This document shows, piece after piece, positions 8,602-19,000 of a stretch of DNA of 54,511 nt. Numbering within the stretch: the stretch's first letter is position 1; every line of letters begins with the position of its first letter. Source of the stretch: Verrucomicrobiales bacterium (GTDB lineage: Bacteria; Verrucomicrobiota; Verrucomicrobiia; Verrucomicrobiales; SLCJ01); the NCBI GenBank assembly GCA_046075565.1, contig JBJTQJ010000105.1:1-54511 (forward strand), read 5' to 3'. A program made the translations under genes and the position numbers. The notes below the pieces were generated by a model. The model saw nothing but the letters and a program-made list of their open reading frames with translations, made no database searches and was not told the origin of the DNA.

Positions 8602-10515
8602 CTAGGGGGCGGCGACAACCAACCGGCACTCCAGCCGTTGATCAGTCGGGAGATTCGCCACGATGGGCAAGGCCTCGAAGCCCGGAATCAGATTGAAGAT
8701 GCGTGTGCCCTTCGTCTTGAGGATTTGCAGCGGCGCGTTTGCCTCGATGATTACCTTGCCACCGGTTTTGTGGATTTCGATCCGGTTGTCCGACTGCACC
8801 ACTTTTTCCCCGGCGGTCGAGATCACGGGCAAGATGAGCTTAGGCGCTTGGCCAGCGAAACCCGGGCCCGGTGCTTGCGCTGTTATGAGAAGGCTTTCGC
8901 GATCAAATCGATAGGACAAGGAACAGGAAGATTTGCGATTTATAAATTCCAAGCCCTTTTGATCCAGGAGTCGAGCTGTCACGTCAAAGACGATGGCTCC
9001 ATCCGCATCGGCCCACTTGACCATCGCCGAGCGGTCATAAAGCTGGGTGAACCATCGATCCCCTTGCCGCAACTCCACGCGCGGGGTCAGTGGATGGTCC
9101 TCATCATCCATTGGCAACTGCATGTTGTTAGGTTCGACCATATGGTAACGAGCCATACTTCCCGCCAGAAGAGGACCAACACGTGGGTGCCAGAGCATGG
9201 AAATCGTTCCGCCCGTCGGTGCCTGGGCTGCTTCTTTATAAATCCAATCGTAGGTGGTTACGGTGGCCCGCCATGGGCCTCTAGCGACTAGCCAACTGGC
9301 GATTTCCGGATATTCGCGGACGCCATCGGCTATCGTGCGGGGCAGGGGAGTCGAGGAGTTCATGCCCGATGCCAGGTCGGCATGATCGAGAAGAGCGGCC
9401 AGTGCTTTGGCGTGAGTAAAGGTATGATGGATGCAGGGTTTGGCGCCGTGATCCGCGTAGTGGGGGCCACCGTGTAACAATCCGTTCCGGGTGCAGTTCC
9501 GGTAGAGCCGCGTATTTTCCACCACCGCCGTGGCGAACGCGGGTTCGTGTTTCGCCAGCACGGCGTATCCCGGCTGACAACCGTCGCAGGTGCGGCTGCC
9601 CCAATACGCCCACTTCGATTGGCGCGTCCCCCAACTATTGTCCCACGCTCCATCCGGAAGCATGAATTCAAGATGTGCCTTGAGCAAGCGCACGGCCAGG
9701 GCAGTGAGTTCTTCATCCTTGGTGGCATCGGCGGCAAGGGCTATGGCGACCAAGGATTCCTCGACATTGTAGTCGAGATCAACCGGGCGGCATCCGCGCG
9801 GGCTGGTTCCTTGTTGGGGTTTGCCCTCGCCCATGAGCAGGCCATTGGGAGGCGTGAGGTAGTCCTTGATGCCGGAAGCCAACTGGCGACCTCGTTCTTG
9901 GTAGGCAGGGCGATTCAACATTTTGCCTATCAAAAGCATGGCATAGATGCCGGTGCAGCCGTAATTCACGTTCGAATAACTCAGCGTCGTAAACTTCTCG
10001 AAGACGTAATCGCCAGCGCGACCCAGCCGCTCTGTCCAGCGTTGTCGGGTTTCCGCGTCCAAGAGATCGCCATGGTGATGCAGGGTTTCTGCCAAAGCGA
10101 TGGCTCCGAAAACCGTGATGCCCTTCCATGATTTCGGATCCTGAATGACGGTCCAACTTCCATCGTCGTGCGACACGTTGTTGCCCCATTCGAAAACGCG
10201 GATACCCGCGTCGCGGTATTTTTGGTCACCCGACTTTTTCGCCATGTGGAAGAGCGGGTAGACGGCATCCATACATCGCCCATGGATAAAATCGCACGAT
10301 GGACAGGCCAATGCCCCGTCTCGAGCGGGATTGGCGGCGTCGTTGATTTGAGCGGCGAGCATGCCGTCGCACCAATCGCGGAGTAGATCGGAAGCGAAGG
10401 TTGAAAAGGAACCCTTTTCCGCGAATCCGGAATCGATCGCGCCGACTCCGCTAGGGAGCCATGGGAGAGACAACCCCGCGAGGGTGGTGGTTTGCAGGAA
10501 GTGACGGCGATCCAT
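8602..10515 (-). CDS. Tat-exported hypothetical protein, possible alpha/alpha-toroid carbohydrate-active enzyme
   Basis: Twin-arginine signal MDRRHFLQ at ATG 10515; helical W/Y/H-rich N-domain then beta-rich C-domain. Confidence 0.7.
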   Translation of the reverse strand: MDRRHFLQTTTLAGLSLPWLPSGVGAIDSGFAEKGSFSTFASDLLRDWCDGMLAAQINDAANPARDGALACPSCDFIHGRCMDAVYPLFHMAKKSGDQKYRDAGIRVFEWGNNVSHDDGSWTVIQDPKSWKGITVFGAIALAETLHHHGDLLDAETRQRWTERLGRAGDYVFEKFTTLSYSNVNYGCTGIYAMLLIGKMLNRPAYQERGRQLASGIKDYLTPPNGLLMGEGKPQQGTSPRGCRPVDLDYNVEESLVAIALAADATKDEELTALAVRLLKAHLEFMLPDGAWDNSWGTRQSKWAYWGSRTCDGCQPGYAVLAKHEPAFATAVVENTRLYRNCTRNGLLHGGPHYADHGAKPCIHHTFTHAKALAALLDHADLASGMNSSTPLPRTIADGVREYPEIASWLVARGPWRATVTTYDWIYKEAAQAPTGGTISMLWHPRVGPLLAGSMARYHMVEPNNMQLPMDDEDHPLTPRVELRQGDRWFTQLYDRSAMVKWADADGAIVFDVTARLLDQKGLEFINRKSSCSLSYRFDRESLLITAQAPGPGFAGQAPKLILPVISTAGEKVVQSDNRIEIHKTGGKVIIEANAPLQILKTKGTRIFNLIPGFEALPIVANLPTDQRLECRLVVAAP

Positions 10516-10675
10516 CCGGGGGAGACGAGGGGGCGGGTTCACGGGAAGTGAATGGGTAGTGGAGAACCCTTGGAGAACGCCATCGGGCGCGGGACTCTTT
10601 CGGATTGCCCGTCGGAGCGGGACCGGGAACAGATTTTTCAGATGGCAGGTGCCATTCCGCGACGTTATATTGGGC

Positions 10676-11311
10676 ATGAGCTGGAAATCCCTAACCCTGC
10701 TGGCGGTCGCCGGCGTAACAATGATTGCCATGAGCCTCTGGACCCGCGCCCAAGAAAAAGAAGCCTCCCGCCCCGCCGAAGCACCAAAGCCTGCGGAAGG
10801 ACAGGAAGTCGCGACCTTCGGGGCCGGCTGTTTCTGGTGTGTCGAGGCGGTCTTCGAGCGCCTGGATGGAGTGGTTCATGTCACCTCGGGCTACATGGGC
10901 GGGCACGTAAAAAATCCGACTTACGGGGAAGTTTGCCAGAAAACCACCGGCCATGCGGAAGTAGTGCAGGTGATTTTTGATCCAAAGAAGATCTCCTACG
11001 CGAAGTTGCTCGAGTGGTTCTGGAAGTTGCATGACCCGACCACCTTGAACAAACAAGGAGGGGACGAAGGCCCGCAATACCGCTCCGCTATATTCTTCCA
11101 CAATGAGGAGCAGAAACGGGTGGCCACCGAAGCCAAGGCCGCGGCAGCCCCGGATTTTTCAAAGCCGATTGTCACCGAGATCACCGCCGCCTCCGAATTC
11201 TACGCAGCCGAGGTCTATCATCAGGAATACTACAAGCTCAATAAGAATAAAAATCCCTACTGCCCGGCTGTGATTATGCCGAAAATGAAGAAGCTCGGGC
11301 TGGAGGAGTAG
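10676..11311 (+). CDS. msrA: Peptide-methionine (S)-S-oxide reductase with N-terminal signal peptide
   Basis: GAGCFWC, SGYMGG, TTGHAE, HDPT, QYRSAIF, AEVYHQEYY. Confidence 0.95.
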   Translation: MSWKSLTLLAVAGVTMIAMSLWTRAQEKEASRPAEAPKPAEGQEVATFGAGCFWCVEAVFERLDGVVHVTSGYMGGHVKNPTYGEVCQKTTGHAEVVQVIFDPKKISYAKLLEWFWKLHDPTTLNKQGGDEGPQYRSAIFFHNEEQKRVATEAKAAAAPDFSKPIVTEITAASEFYAAEVYHQEYYKLNKNKNPYCPAVIMPKMKKLGLEE

Positions 11312-11357
11312 TCCGCGTATCCCACACTGGGGTTGCCCACCTCGGATGCGACCAAGC

Positions 11358-12044
11358 TCAAGGAGTGGCATCGACCCACTCTCCGGGTTCGAGATTCTCG
11401 CAGGTATATTTTCCGAAGCGGGTGCGGTGCAGGGCGGCGACATGGTGGCCACAGGCTGCGAACATGCGCCGCACTTGATGATAACGCCCTTCGGTTAGAA
11501 CGACCTCGGCGAGGTGGTCGTCGAGAATCTTCAATCTGGCCGGTCGGCATGGTTCCTTGTCGCCCTGGAGCATGATTTCTCCGGAGGCGAAGCGGCTGAT
11601 CAAGTCTTCTTCGAGCTTCCCTTCGACCGTGGCGAGATAGGTTTTTTCGACATGGTGTTTCGGGGAGGCGAGGCGGTGGAGGAGTTGCCCCTGATCGGTG
11701 AGCAACAATGTTCCGGATGTGTCCTTGTCGAGGCGACCGATGCTCGCGACGACGGGATTGCGCCGCATCCAACGCGGGGGCAGGAGATCATAAACCAGAG
11801 GACCTTCCCCGGCATCATGGGAGCAGGTCACTCCCACGGGTTTGTGCATGACGATAAAAATGCCATCCGGGTGATCGAGCCCGGCGCCATCGACGCGGAT
11901 CTCGGGAACCGGAACGTGGGCTTCCGGACGGGTGAGCCTTTCCCCGGTGTCCGCGCGGGTGACCCGACCGGACAGACAGAGGGAGGCAACATCGCGCCGC
12001 GAACCATAACCCAGCGAAGCCAGGATTTTGTCCAACCGGGGCAT
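11358..12044 (-). CDS. rsuA: RsuA-family pseudouridine synthase
   Basis: S4-like RLDKILASLG, HKPVG, IGRLDKDTSG, EGRYHQVRRMF. Confidence 0.88.
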   Translation of the reverse strand: MPRLDKILASLGYGSRRDVASLCLSGRVTRADTGERLTRPEAHVPVPEIRVDGAGLDHPDGIFIVMHKPVGVTCSHDAGEGPLVYDLLPPRWMRRNPVVASIGRLDKDTSGTLLLTDQGQLLHRLASPKHHVEKTYLATVEGKLEEDLISRFASGEIMLQGDKEPCRPARLKILDDHLAEVVLTEGRYHQVRRMFAACGHHVAALHRTRFGKYTCENLEPGEWVDATP

Positions 12045-12047
12045 GGT

Positions 12048-13934
12048 TCAGTAGCCTTTGGCTTTTATCTCGATCAACATCTGGGCATTCGACTGGAAAC
12101 TGCGCAGGAAATGCAGCAACCGATCCATTGCTTCGATGGGCTTGTGGCCTGCAAGACCGCGGCGGATGAGGTGGATTTTTTTCAACTGGTGCGGTGGCAG
12201 CAGCAATTCCTCGCGGCGGGTGCCGGATTTGAAAATGTTCACGGCCGGATAAACATATTGTTCCGCCATCTTGCGTTCGAGCACGATCTCCATGTTGCCA
12301 GTGCCCTTGAACTCCTGGAAAATCAGTTCATCGGCTTTTGAATTCGTCTCGATGAGCGCGGTGCCGACGATGGTTAGCGATCCTGCCTCCCGCGTATTAC
12401 GGGCGGCGGCGAAAAGCCGGCGCGGCATCTCGAGGGCGCGGGCATCAACCCCGCCGGACATGGTGCGGCCTTTGCCGGTCATGGCATTGTTGTAGGCACG
12501 GGCCAGGCGGGTGATGGAATCTAGCAGGATAAAGACATCCCGGCCTTCTTCGACGAGGCGTTTGGCGCGTTGGATGCCGAATTCCGCGATGCGGAGGTGG
12601 GCCCAGACATCATTGTCATTCGAACTGGCGAGAATCTCCGCGTTGGGCAGGGCGCGGCTCAGTTCCGTGACTTCCTCGGGACGCTCGTCCACGAGCATGA
12701 GGATAAGATGGACATCCTCGTAATTGGTGGAAATGGCCTCCGCGATATCGTGCAGCAAGGTCGTTTTCCCGGTGCGGGGTGGCGCGACAATGAGTCCGCG
12801 CTGGCCTTTGCCCACGGGAGTGAACATATCAATCACCCGCGTGGTGTGTTTGTCGGGAGTTGTCTCAAGCAGGAACCTTTTCTGAGGGTTCACTGCCGTC
12901 AGTTCATCGAAAAATGGAAGGCCTTTGTGGCTGCCGGGGTGCTTCCCATTCACCTGGAAGATATCGGTCATCTGGGGACCGCGCGGACCATTCTTGGCCT
13001 CGCCTTCGACAAGCATACCTTCCCGCAATCCGAAGTGCCGGACCGTGTCGGGGAGCACGAAGACATCGCGGGTGGTCTGGCGGAAACACAGTTCTTTCTT
13101 GCGCAGGAAGCCGAAGCCTTTGGGAGAAATCTCCAGGATTCCCGAGCAAGGCACGGGATCGCCGACGAGACCGTTCTTCTTGCCTCGTTTGCGGTCGCGG
13201 AATCCCGGGCGTCCTTCGAATTCCCCTTCCTCGTCGTCATCATCTTCCTCCGGAGACTTGCCGGACGGGGCCGGTTGTGGACGCGGCGGATTGTTAGGGT
13301 CGCGGGGAAATGACTGGCGTGTGACTTGTCCGGTCGACGTGGGTGTGGCCACGGGTGCGTCAGGGTCGAAAGCGGGTTCGCCCGCGGATTCCGCTTTCGG
13401 GCGCATCGAGTGGTGTAGCAGTTCCGGTGGAGCGGGGACTGGTTCACCGAAATCCAAAGCGATATTCTTTGAAAAATCCGGCACGGGCGGAATTTCGGGC
13501 AAGTCGGCCGCCACTGGTCCGCTCGGAGGCACCAGCAATGGGCGTCCATCATCGGTCGATGGCAAATCTTCGGATTCAACCAGTTCCAGAATTTTGGGAG
13601 GAGCAACCGGGACCGCGGCAGGAACGGCAGGAGCCATAGGAACTTCCACCGCTTCGCTTTCAGGCGAGGGTTCCGTTATGTCGCTTGCCTCCTTCTTGGC
13701 CGCTTTCTCTTTAGCTGCGACCTTTTTCTTCGTCACGGTCTTTTTCGCCGCCTTCTTTTTGACGGCTTTTTTCTTCACCAAGGTCGCCGGAGCCTCTGGT
13801 TCTTCATCCGTATCTTCAACAGAAGAAGGTGCTTCGGCATCCGCGGCTTTGCCGGTCCGGGTGGATTTAACGGGAGCTTTTTTGGCACTTTTTGCCATTG
13901 CTGCCGTGGGGGATTCCTCGTTGGATTTTCTCAT
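12048..13934 (-). CDS. rho: Transcription termination factor Rho with long low-complexity N-terminus
   Basis: GFGFLR, GKGQRGLIVAPPRTGKT, DERPEEVT, LDSITRLARAYN, EFKGTGNME, SGTRREELL. Confidence 0.97.
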   Translation of the reverse strand: MRKSNEESPTAAMAKSAKKAPVKSTRTGKAADAEAPSSVEDTDEEPEAPATLVKKKAVKKKAAKKTVTKKKVAAKEKAAKKEASDITEPSPESEAVEVPMAPAVPAAVPVAPPKILELVESEDLPSTDDGRPLLVPPSGPVAADLPEIPPVPDFSKNIALDFGEPVPAPPELLHHSMRPKAESAGEPAFDPDAPVATPTSTGQVTRQSFPRDPNNPPRPQPAPSGKSPEEDDDDEEGEFEGRPGFRDRKRGKKNGLVGDPVPCSGILEISPKGFGFLRKKELCFRQTTRDVFVLPDTVRHFGLREGMLVEGEAKNGPRGPQMTDIFQVNGKHPGSHKGLPFFDELTAVNPQKRFLLETTPDKHTTRVIDMFTPVGKGQRGLIVAPPRTGKTTLLHDIAEAISTNYEDVHLILMLVDERPEEVTELSRALPNAEILASSNDNDVWAHLRIAEFGIQRAKRLVEEGRDVFILLDSITRLARAYNNAMTGKGRTMSGGVDARALEMPRRLFAAARNTREAGSLTIVGTALIETNSKADELIFQEFKGTGNMEIVLERKMAEQYVYPAVNIFKSGTRREELLLPPHQLKKIHLIRRGLAGHKPIEAMDRLLHFLRSFQSNAQMLIEIKAKGY

Positions 13935-13952
13935 GAGGTTGTGGAATGGAAA

Positions 13953-14702
13953 TCAGGCATCGAGCGCGGCCATGACCTCGTCGGTCAGGTCGAAGTTCGA
14001 ATGGACATTCTGTGTGTCGTCGTAGTCGTCGAGCGCGGCGGATAGTTTGACGAGCCCGGCGGTGATGCCGGCATCGCCAACGCAAGTTGTGGATTTGGGG
14101 ACAAAAACCAGTTTCTGGCTCGAGGATTCGATGCCGCCTTTCGTGAGAGCGGAGGCGACTTCGAAAAGGGTTTCCACGGTGGTGTGGATTACGTGATCTT
14201 CACCGTCGCCATTCACATCGTCCGCCCCCGCTTCGAGGGCGGCTTCCAGCATGGCTTCCTCCCCGAGGGCGGACAAGGGCACGCGGATCTCGCCTTTGCG
14301 GTCAAAGAGGTAGGCGACGCTGCCGGCGGAGCCCATGTTCCCGCCATTCTTGTTGAAGAGGGAACGGATGTCGGCGGCGCTGCGGTTCTTGTTATCGGTG
14401 GCGACTTCGACCAGGAAGGCGATGCCTCCGGGCCCGTATCCCTCATAGACGATTTCCTCGATGGCCTCGCCACCAAGCTCCCCCGTGCCCTTTTTGATGG
14501 CGCGTTCGATGTTTTCCGAGGGCATACTCTGCTTCCGTGCGGCGGTGACCGCACTGCGGAGACGTGGATTGAGGTCGGGGTCGCCACCTCCGCGGGAAGC
14601 GATGGTGATTTCCTTGGAAAGTTTGCTGAAAAGCTGGGATCGCTTGGCGTCGGCGGCACCTTTGATGTGCTTTACCTTCGACCATTTGTTGTGTCCGGCC
14701 AT
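13953..14702 (-). CDS. yebC: YebC/PmpR family protein
   Basis: MAGHNKWSKVKHIK, NPRLR, YEGYGPGG, TDNKNR, DDTQNVHSN. Confidence 0.95.
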   Translation of the reverse strand: MAGHNKWSKVKHIKGAADAKRSQLFSKLSKEITIASRGGGDPDLNPRLRSAVTAARKQSMPSENIERAIKKGTGELGGEAIEEIVYEGYGPGGIAFLVEVATDNKNRSAADIRSLFNKNGGNMGSAGSVAYLFDRKGEIRVPLSALGEEAMLEAALEAGADDVNGDGEDHVIHTTVETLFEVASALTKGGIESSSQKLVFVPKSTTCVGDAGITAGLVKLSAALDDYDDTQNVHSNFDLTDEVMAALDA

Positions 14703-15070
14703 GACTTGAATGATGGAAAACAATGCGCCCCGGCGGGACGGAGCCCGGGCAGGCGGCAGGGTGGATTTCCGCCTGGCGGGACGGCGCCCGGAGGGGAAAA
14801 TCGATCGGAAATCGGGTCACTTGCGGAGTCCGGTCTCACCTCAGGATGGACATGATCCGCCCACGGGGGAGAAGAGGAACGCAAGCCGGGAATTCGGGGT
14901 ATTCCGGTCCTGGCACCCGGCGACGCGCCGGAGGAACCAATCTGAACGACACCCGAATTATGGGGCTGGAGACCGGATTTGCAAGTGAATTCCTTCTTTC
15001 AGATCCTCAATTAAATTACTTGATTCTGGGCCCGGTCCGGCCCATGTATCCCGCTCATTCCAGAACATCC

Positions 15071-15322
15071 ATGGGCCAGCAACGAAACAAAGTCGAAAAG
15101 CGCCGCCGCCGCGCCAATTATCTCAAGCGTCTCAAGTCCCGCCGGGCCGCCGGCTTGACTCCAAAGAAGCGTGTCGTCCAGTCCGCCGCCCCCGCCGGCG
15201 ATGACGTCAAAAAGAAAGCGGTCAAAAAGAAGGTCGTGAAGAAGAAGGCCGCCACCAAGGCCGCCACCAAGGCCGCACCGGAAACCGAGGCCCCGGCGGC
15301 CGAGGCCCCTGCCGAGGGTTGA
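15071..15322 (+). CDS. Small basic Lys/Ala-rich (histone-like) protein
   Basis: MGQQRNKVEKRRRRANYLKRLK...KKKAVKKKVVKKKAATKAATKA; followed by a terminator. Confidence 0.75.
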   Translation: MGQQRNKVEKRRRRANYLKRLKSRRAAGLTPKKRVVQSAAPAGDDVKKKAVKKKVVKKKAATKAATKAAPETEAPAAEAPAEG

Positions 15323-15346
15323 GCCGATTCACGAATAGTCTTTCCG

Positions 15347-15387
15347 ACCCGCATTCACCTTTCCCGGGGGATGCGGGTTTCTTTTTT
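15347..15387 (+). terminator. Rho-independent terminator
   Basis: Stem ACCCGCATTC/GGATGCGGGT followed by TTCTTTTTT. Confidence 0.75.
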
Positions 15388-15541
15388 CCACCGGAAAATG
15401 ATTTCGGGAGACAGTGTTTTCTTGCATAAAGCTCCGCCATGGCTTAAATGGCCTGACCGCAGATCCTCCGGCCGGGCCCGTTTCTTCCGAAACGAGGTCC
15501 TCCGATGGTGTCGTGGAACCAACCAAACCAAGTCCCAATCC

Positions 15542-15856
15542 ATGAAAATCGTCAAAAACAGTTTCGCCAACGAGGAAGTCCTTCTCGACTTCCATGAATA
15601 CGAACAATGCAAATTCCGCGACTGCCGTTTTGTCGTGCTCGGCCACGGCCCGTTCGTCCTCAACCAGTGCGAGGTCGTGAATTGTGCGTTCAACTTCGCC
15701 GGTCCCGCCCTCAGCACCATCCAGATCATGAGCGCCATGTATCATAACAATGGCGAGCAGGGCAAACAGCTCATCGAAGGCATCTTCGAAAATATCCGCA
15801 ATGCCAACCAAGGCCAGCAACCCGCGGCCGAGAGTCTGCCCCCGAGTTTCACTTGA
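15542..15856 (+). CDS. Small hypothetical protein
   Basis: 104 aa MKIVKNSFANEEVLLDFHEYEQCKFRDC...; coding-like codon use; bounded by terminators. Confidence 0.75.
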   Translation: MKIVKNSFANEEVLLDFHEYEQCKFRDCRFVVLGHGPFVLNQCEVVNCAFNFAGPALSTIQIMSAMYHNNGEQGKQLIEGIFENIRNANQGQQPAAESLPPSFT

Positions 15857-15865
15857 TTCACCTGT

Positions 15866-15905
15866 AAAAAATCCCCGGTGGCTATTGCCTCCGGGGATTT
15901 TTTTT
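15866..15905. terminator. Bidirectional Rho-independent terminator
   Basis: AAAAAATCCCCGG...CCGGGGATTTTTTTT between convergent genes. Confidence 0.85.
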
Positions 15906-16044
15906 AGATTAACGCAGGGGGCACGCGGTGAACATGCAAGCAGTCTTCCCAACGATGCGATAGACCGAATCCTGCCACCCGGGGGGTGGACTTCGTGGAT
16001 TCATTGCGCTTTCCGGGCGAAATGATGTCGGGATTGCGATGGCC

Positions 16045-19000
16045 TTATTGGCAGGCTTCACATTCTCCGCCGTTCATCATGGCGTCGAGTCGGCAGGCGG
16101 CGACGCGGGCCTCATTGGTCGAGTCCGCCACCGGTGGTGTTGCTGCGGCGGTTTCCGCCACCACACCGCGCAGTTCTTTCTGCACATTGATGGTCGCGGC
16201 TTCGATGTCGGAGGCTCCGAGGGACCGGAGATAATAGGTGGTTTTGAGACCCTTGCGCCAGGCGGCCCGATACATGTGCGAGAGCACTTTCAAATCGGGT
16301 GCGGCTACGAAGAGGTTCACGCTCTGGGCCTGGTCGATCCACTTCTGGCGGCGCGCCGCCGCATCGATGATAAAAGTCCAATCGACGGAGAAGACTGTCA
16401 GGTGCTTTTGTTTGAGTTCCTCGGGGATTCCTTCCAGACCGGCCAGTTCGCCTTTGCTGGCCTTCAGGCGCTCCATCATCTCGCGATTCCAGAGTCCGTG
16501 CTTCTTGAGGTCCCGCACGAGTTCACCATTGAGCACGATGAAGTCTCCCGAGAGGTTGCTCTTCACGTAGAGATTCTTGAAGTTCGGCTCGATGCAGGGT
16601 GTGGTGGCGGTGATATTGGAAATGGTCGCCGTCGGGGCAATCGCGAGCACATTGGAATTTCTCATGCCCTGCTCACGGATTTTTTCCCGCACCGGATTCC
16701 AGTCGAGTCGGCCGCCGCGTGGCACGTCGAGGGAGATTCCCCGTTCAAGTTCGAGCAAATCAAGCGTGTCCTGCGGGAGCAGCCCGCGATCCCACTTGGA
16801 GCCACTGTAGCTGGAATAGGTGCCACGCTCCGCCGCCAAGTCCGACGACGCGGCGTAGGCGTGGTAGGCAATGGCTTCCATGAACTCGTCGTTGAACTCG
16901 ACCGCCTCCGGAGATGCGAAAGAGAGGCCGCGTTTGAAGAGGGCGTTTTGCAAGCCCATGACACCGAGCCCGATGGGACGATGGCGCATGTTCGCGCGCC
17001 GGGCCGCTTCGGTCGGGTAAAAGTTGATGTCGATCACATTGTCGAGCGCCCGGATCGCCACCCGGATGGTGTCGCCCAGCATTTCCTGGTCCAGGGAGCC
17101 ATCGTCGCGGATGTGGGTTTCCAGAACGACCGAACCGAGATTGCACACCGCCGTCTCGTCGGCGCTGGTGTTGAGGGTGATTTCGGTGCAAAGGTTGGAC
17201 GAATGGATGACACCACAGTGATCCTGCGGGCTACGGACGTTGCAAGCATCCTTGAACGTAATCCAGGGATGTCCGGTCTCGAACAACATCATGAGCATCT
17301 TCTTCCACAAGTCGATAGCGGGGACTTCGCGTCCGAAGATTTTCCCCTCGCGGGCCATGGCTTCGTAATGGGCGTAACGTTCCTCGAAGGCCCGCCCGTA
17401 AAGCTCGTGCAAGTCCGATGTCTCATTGGCGCGGAAGAGTGTCCACGTCTGGCGGTTCTCCATGCGCTTCATGAACAAGTCGGGAATCCAATTGGCCGTG
17501 TTCATGTCGTGGCAACGACGGCGGTCATCGCCGGTGTTGCGGCGCAATTCAAGGAAGTCCTCGATGTCATTGTGCCATGATTCCAGATAGGCGCAGCCCG
17601 AGCCACGGCGTTTTCCGCCTTGGTTGACCGCGACAAGCTGGTCGTTGTGCAGCTTGAGGAAGGGAATTACCCCCTGGCTTTCACCATTGGTGCCGTGGAT
17701 ATGACCACCGGTGCCGCGCACCGCCGTCCATGAGCCACCGAGTCCGCCCGCCCACTTGGAGAGGAAAGCGTTTTCGGCGATGCCGCGGAACATGATCGAT
17801 TCGATGGAATCGTCCACCTTGTAGAGATAACAACTCGATAGTTGGCTGTGGGGAGTCCCGGAATTGAAGAGGGTGGGGGTGGAAGAGCAGAAGCGGCGGC
17901 CTTTGTAGAGGGCGTAGAGGCGAGTGGCCCATCCTTCGCGATCCTTCTCCTCGCGCAGGAAGAGTCCCATGGCCACGCGCATCCAGAAATACTGCGGGGT
18001 TTCGATGCGGCGCTCGTTTCCACGGCCCTTGGTTTTGTCCACAATCAGATAACGATCATAGAGGGTCTGAATGCCAAGATAATCGAATTCAAAATCCGCC
18101 ATCGGGTCGAGGGCGTCGGCCAAACGACCGAGGTCGTAGGATAAAAGGTCGGGGCTGAGGCGGCCGATTTCGATCCCTTGTTTGAGGTAGGCCTTGAAGC
18201 CACGGCGATGCGCTTCACCGAGGCCTTCGACGCCGTCGCGCAGCACATCCCATCCAATGACTTCTTCGTAGATGAAGGTCAACAGGATCCGACCGGCGAA
18301 ACGGGCGAAGTCGGCATCCCGTTCAATGAGGGAGCGGGCATTCAGGATGATGGTGTGGCGGAGATCACGGGTCGAGGTTTCCGCCGGGATGGCGCGGCGG
18401 AGTTCGCGTTCGATTTCGGCGGGATTGAGGCAGAGGTCGAGACCGATGGAGGCGATGGTGATTCGTTTGCGGAGATCTTCTCCGTTCCAGAAGACACTGC
18501 TGCCATCCGGCGCCCGGACGACCACCATGGTGTCCTGGCGTTCGTCGTTGGTGGCCCGTTGGGTGATGGCCTGCTCGTCGCGCAGGCGGGCGCGGTGGGC
18601 GCGATAGAGAATATAAGCCTCGGCGACTTTATAGTGGCCTTGGCGCATCAACTCGACCTGCACCATGTCTTGCACGTCCTCGATATGCGCGAGAGCATGG
18701 TTGGCGCGGCGGACTTTTTCCGTCACCGCCTGTGCCACCCCGGCGGCGGCCTCCGGGTCGAGGCGGAGGGAGAGGAAGGCCATGCGCACGGCATTGGCGA
18801 TTTTCATTTCATCCCAGTCGACGATGTTGCCGTTGCGGCGGATGAGTTTGGTCATGGCCCCGGCACCTGTTTCACCATGGCGTCCGGCCGCGCGGCGGAA
18901 GCCGAGGCTGCGCGCCACGTCGTGTGCGTCGTTTTCGATGAGGGCGCGCTCGACGATGTGGTAGAGGTCGCCTTGGGTCAGGCGCAGGCTGCGACCTTCG

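Noticed and set aside
12570-14855. Long plus-strand ORFs over rho and yebC
   Set aside because: Antisense shadows typical of high-GC DNA
14723-15070. Upstream extension of the small basic protein to 199 aa, and short GGCGGGACGG direct repeats
   Set aside because: Extension crosses an AT-rich promoter-like zone and looks non-coding; two 10-bp GC-rich repeats are too weak to call
15390-15540. Possible riboswitch in the leader of the 104-aa gene
   Set aside because: Only short stems; no match to a riboswitch consensus I can recognise
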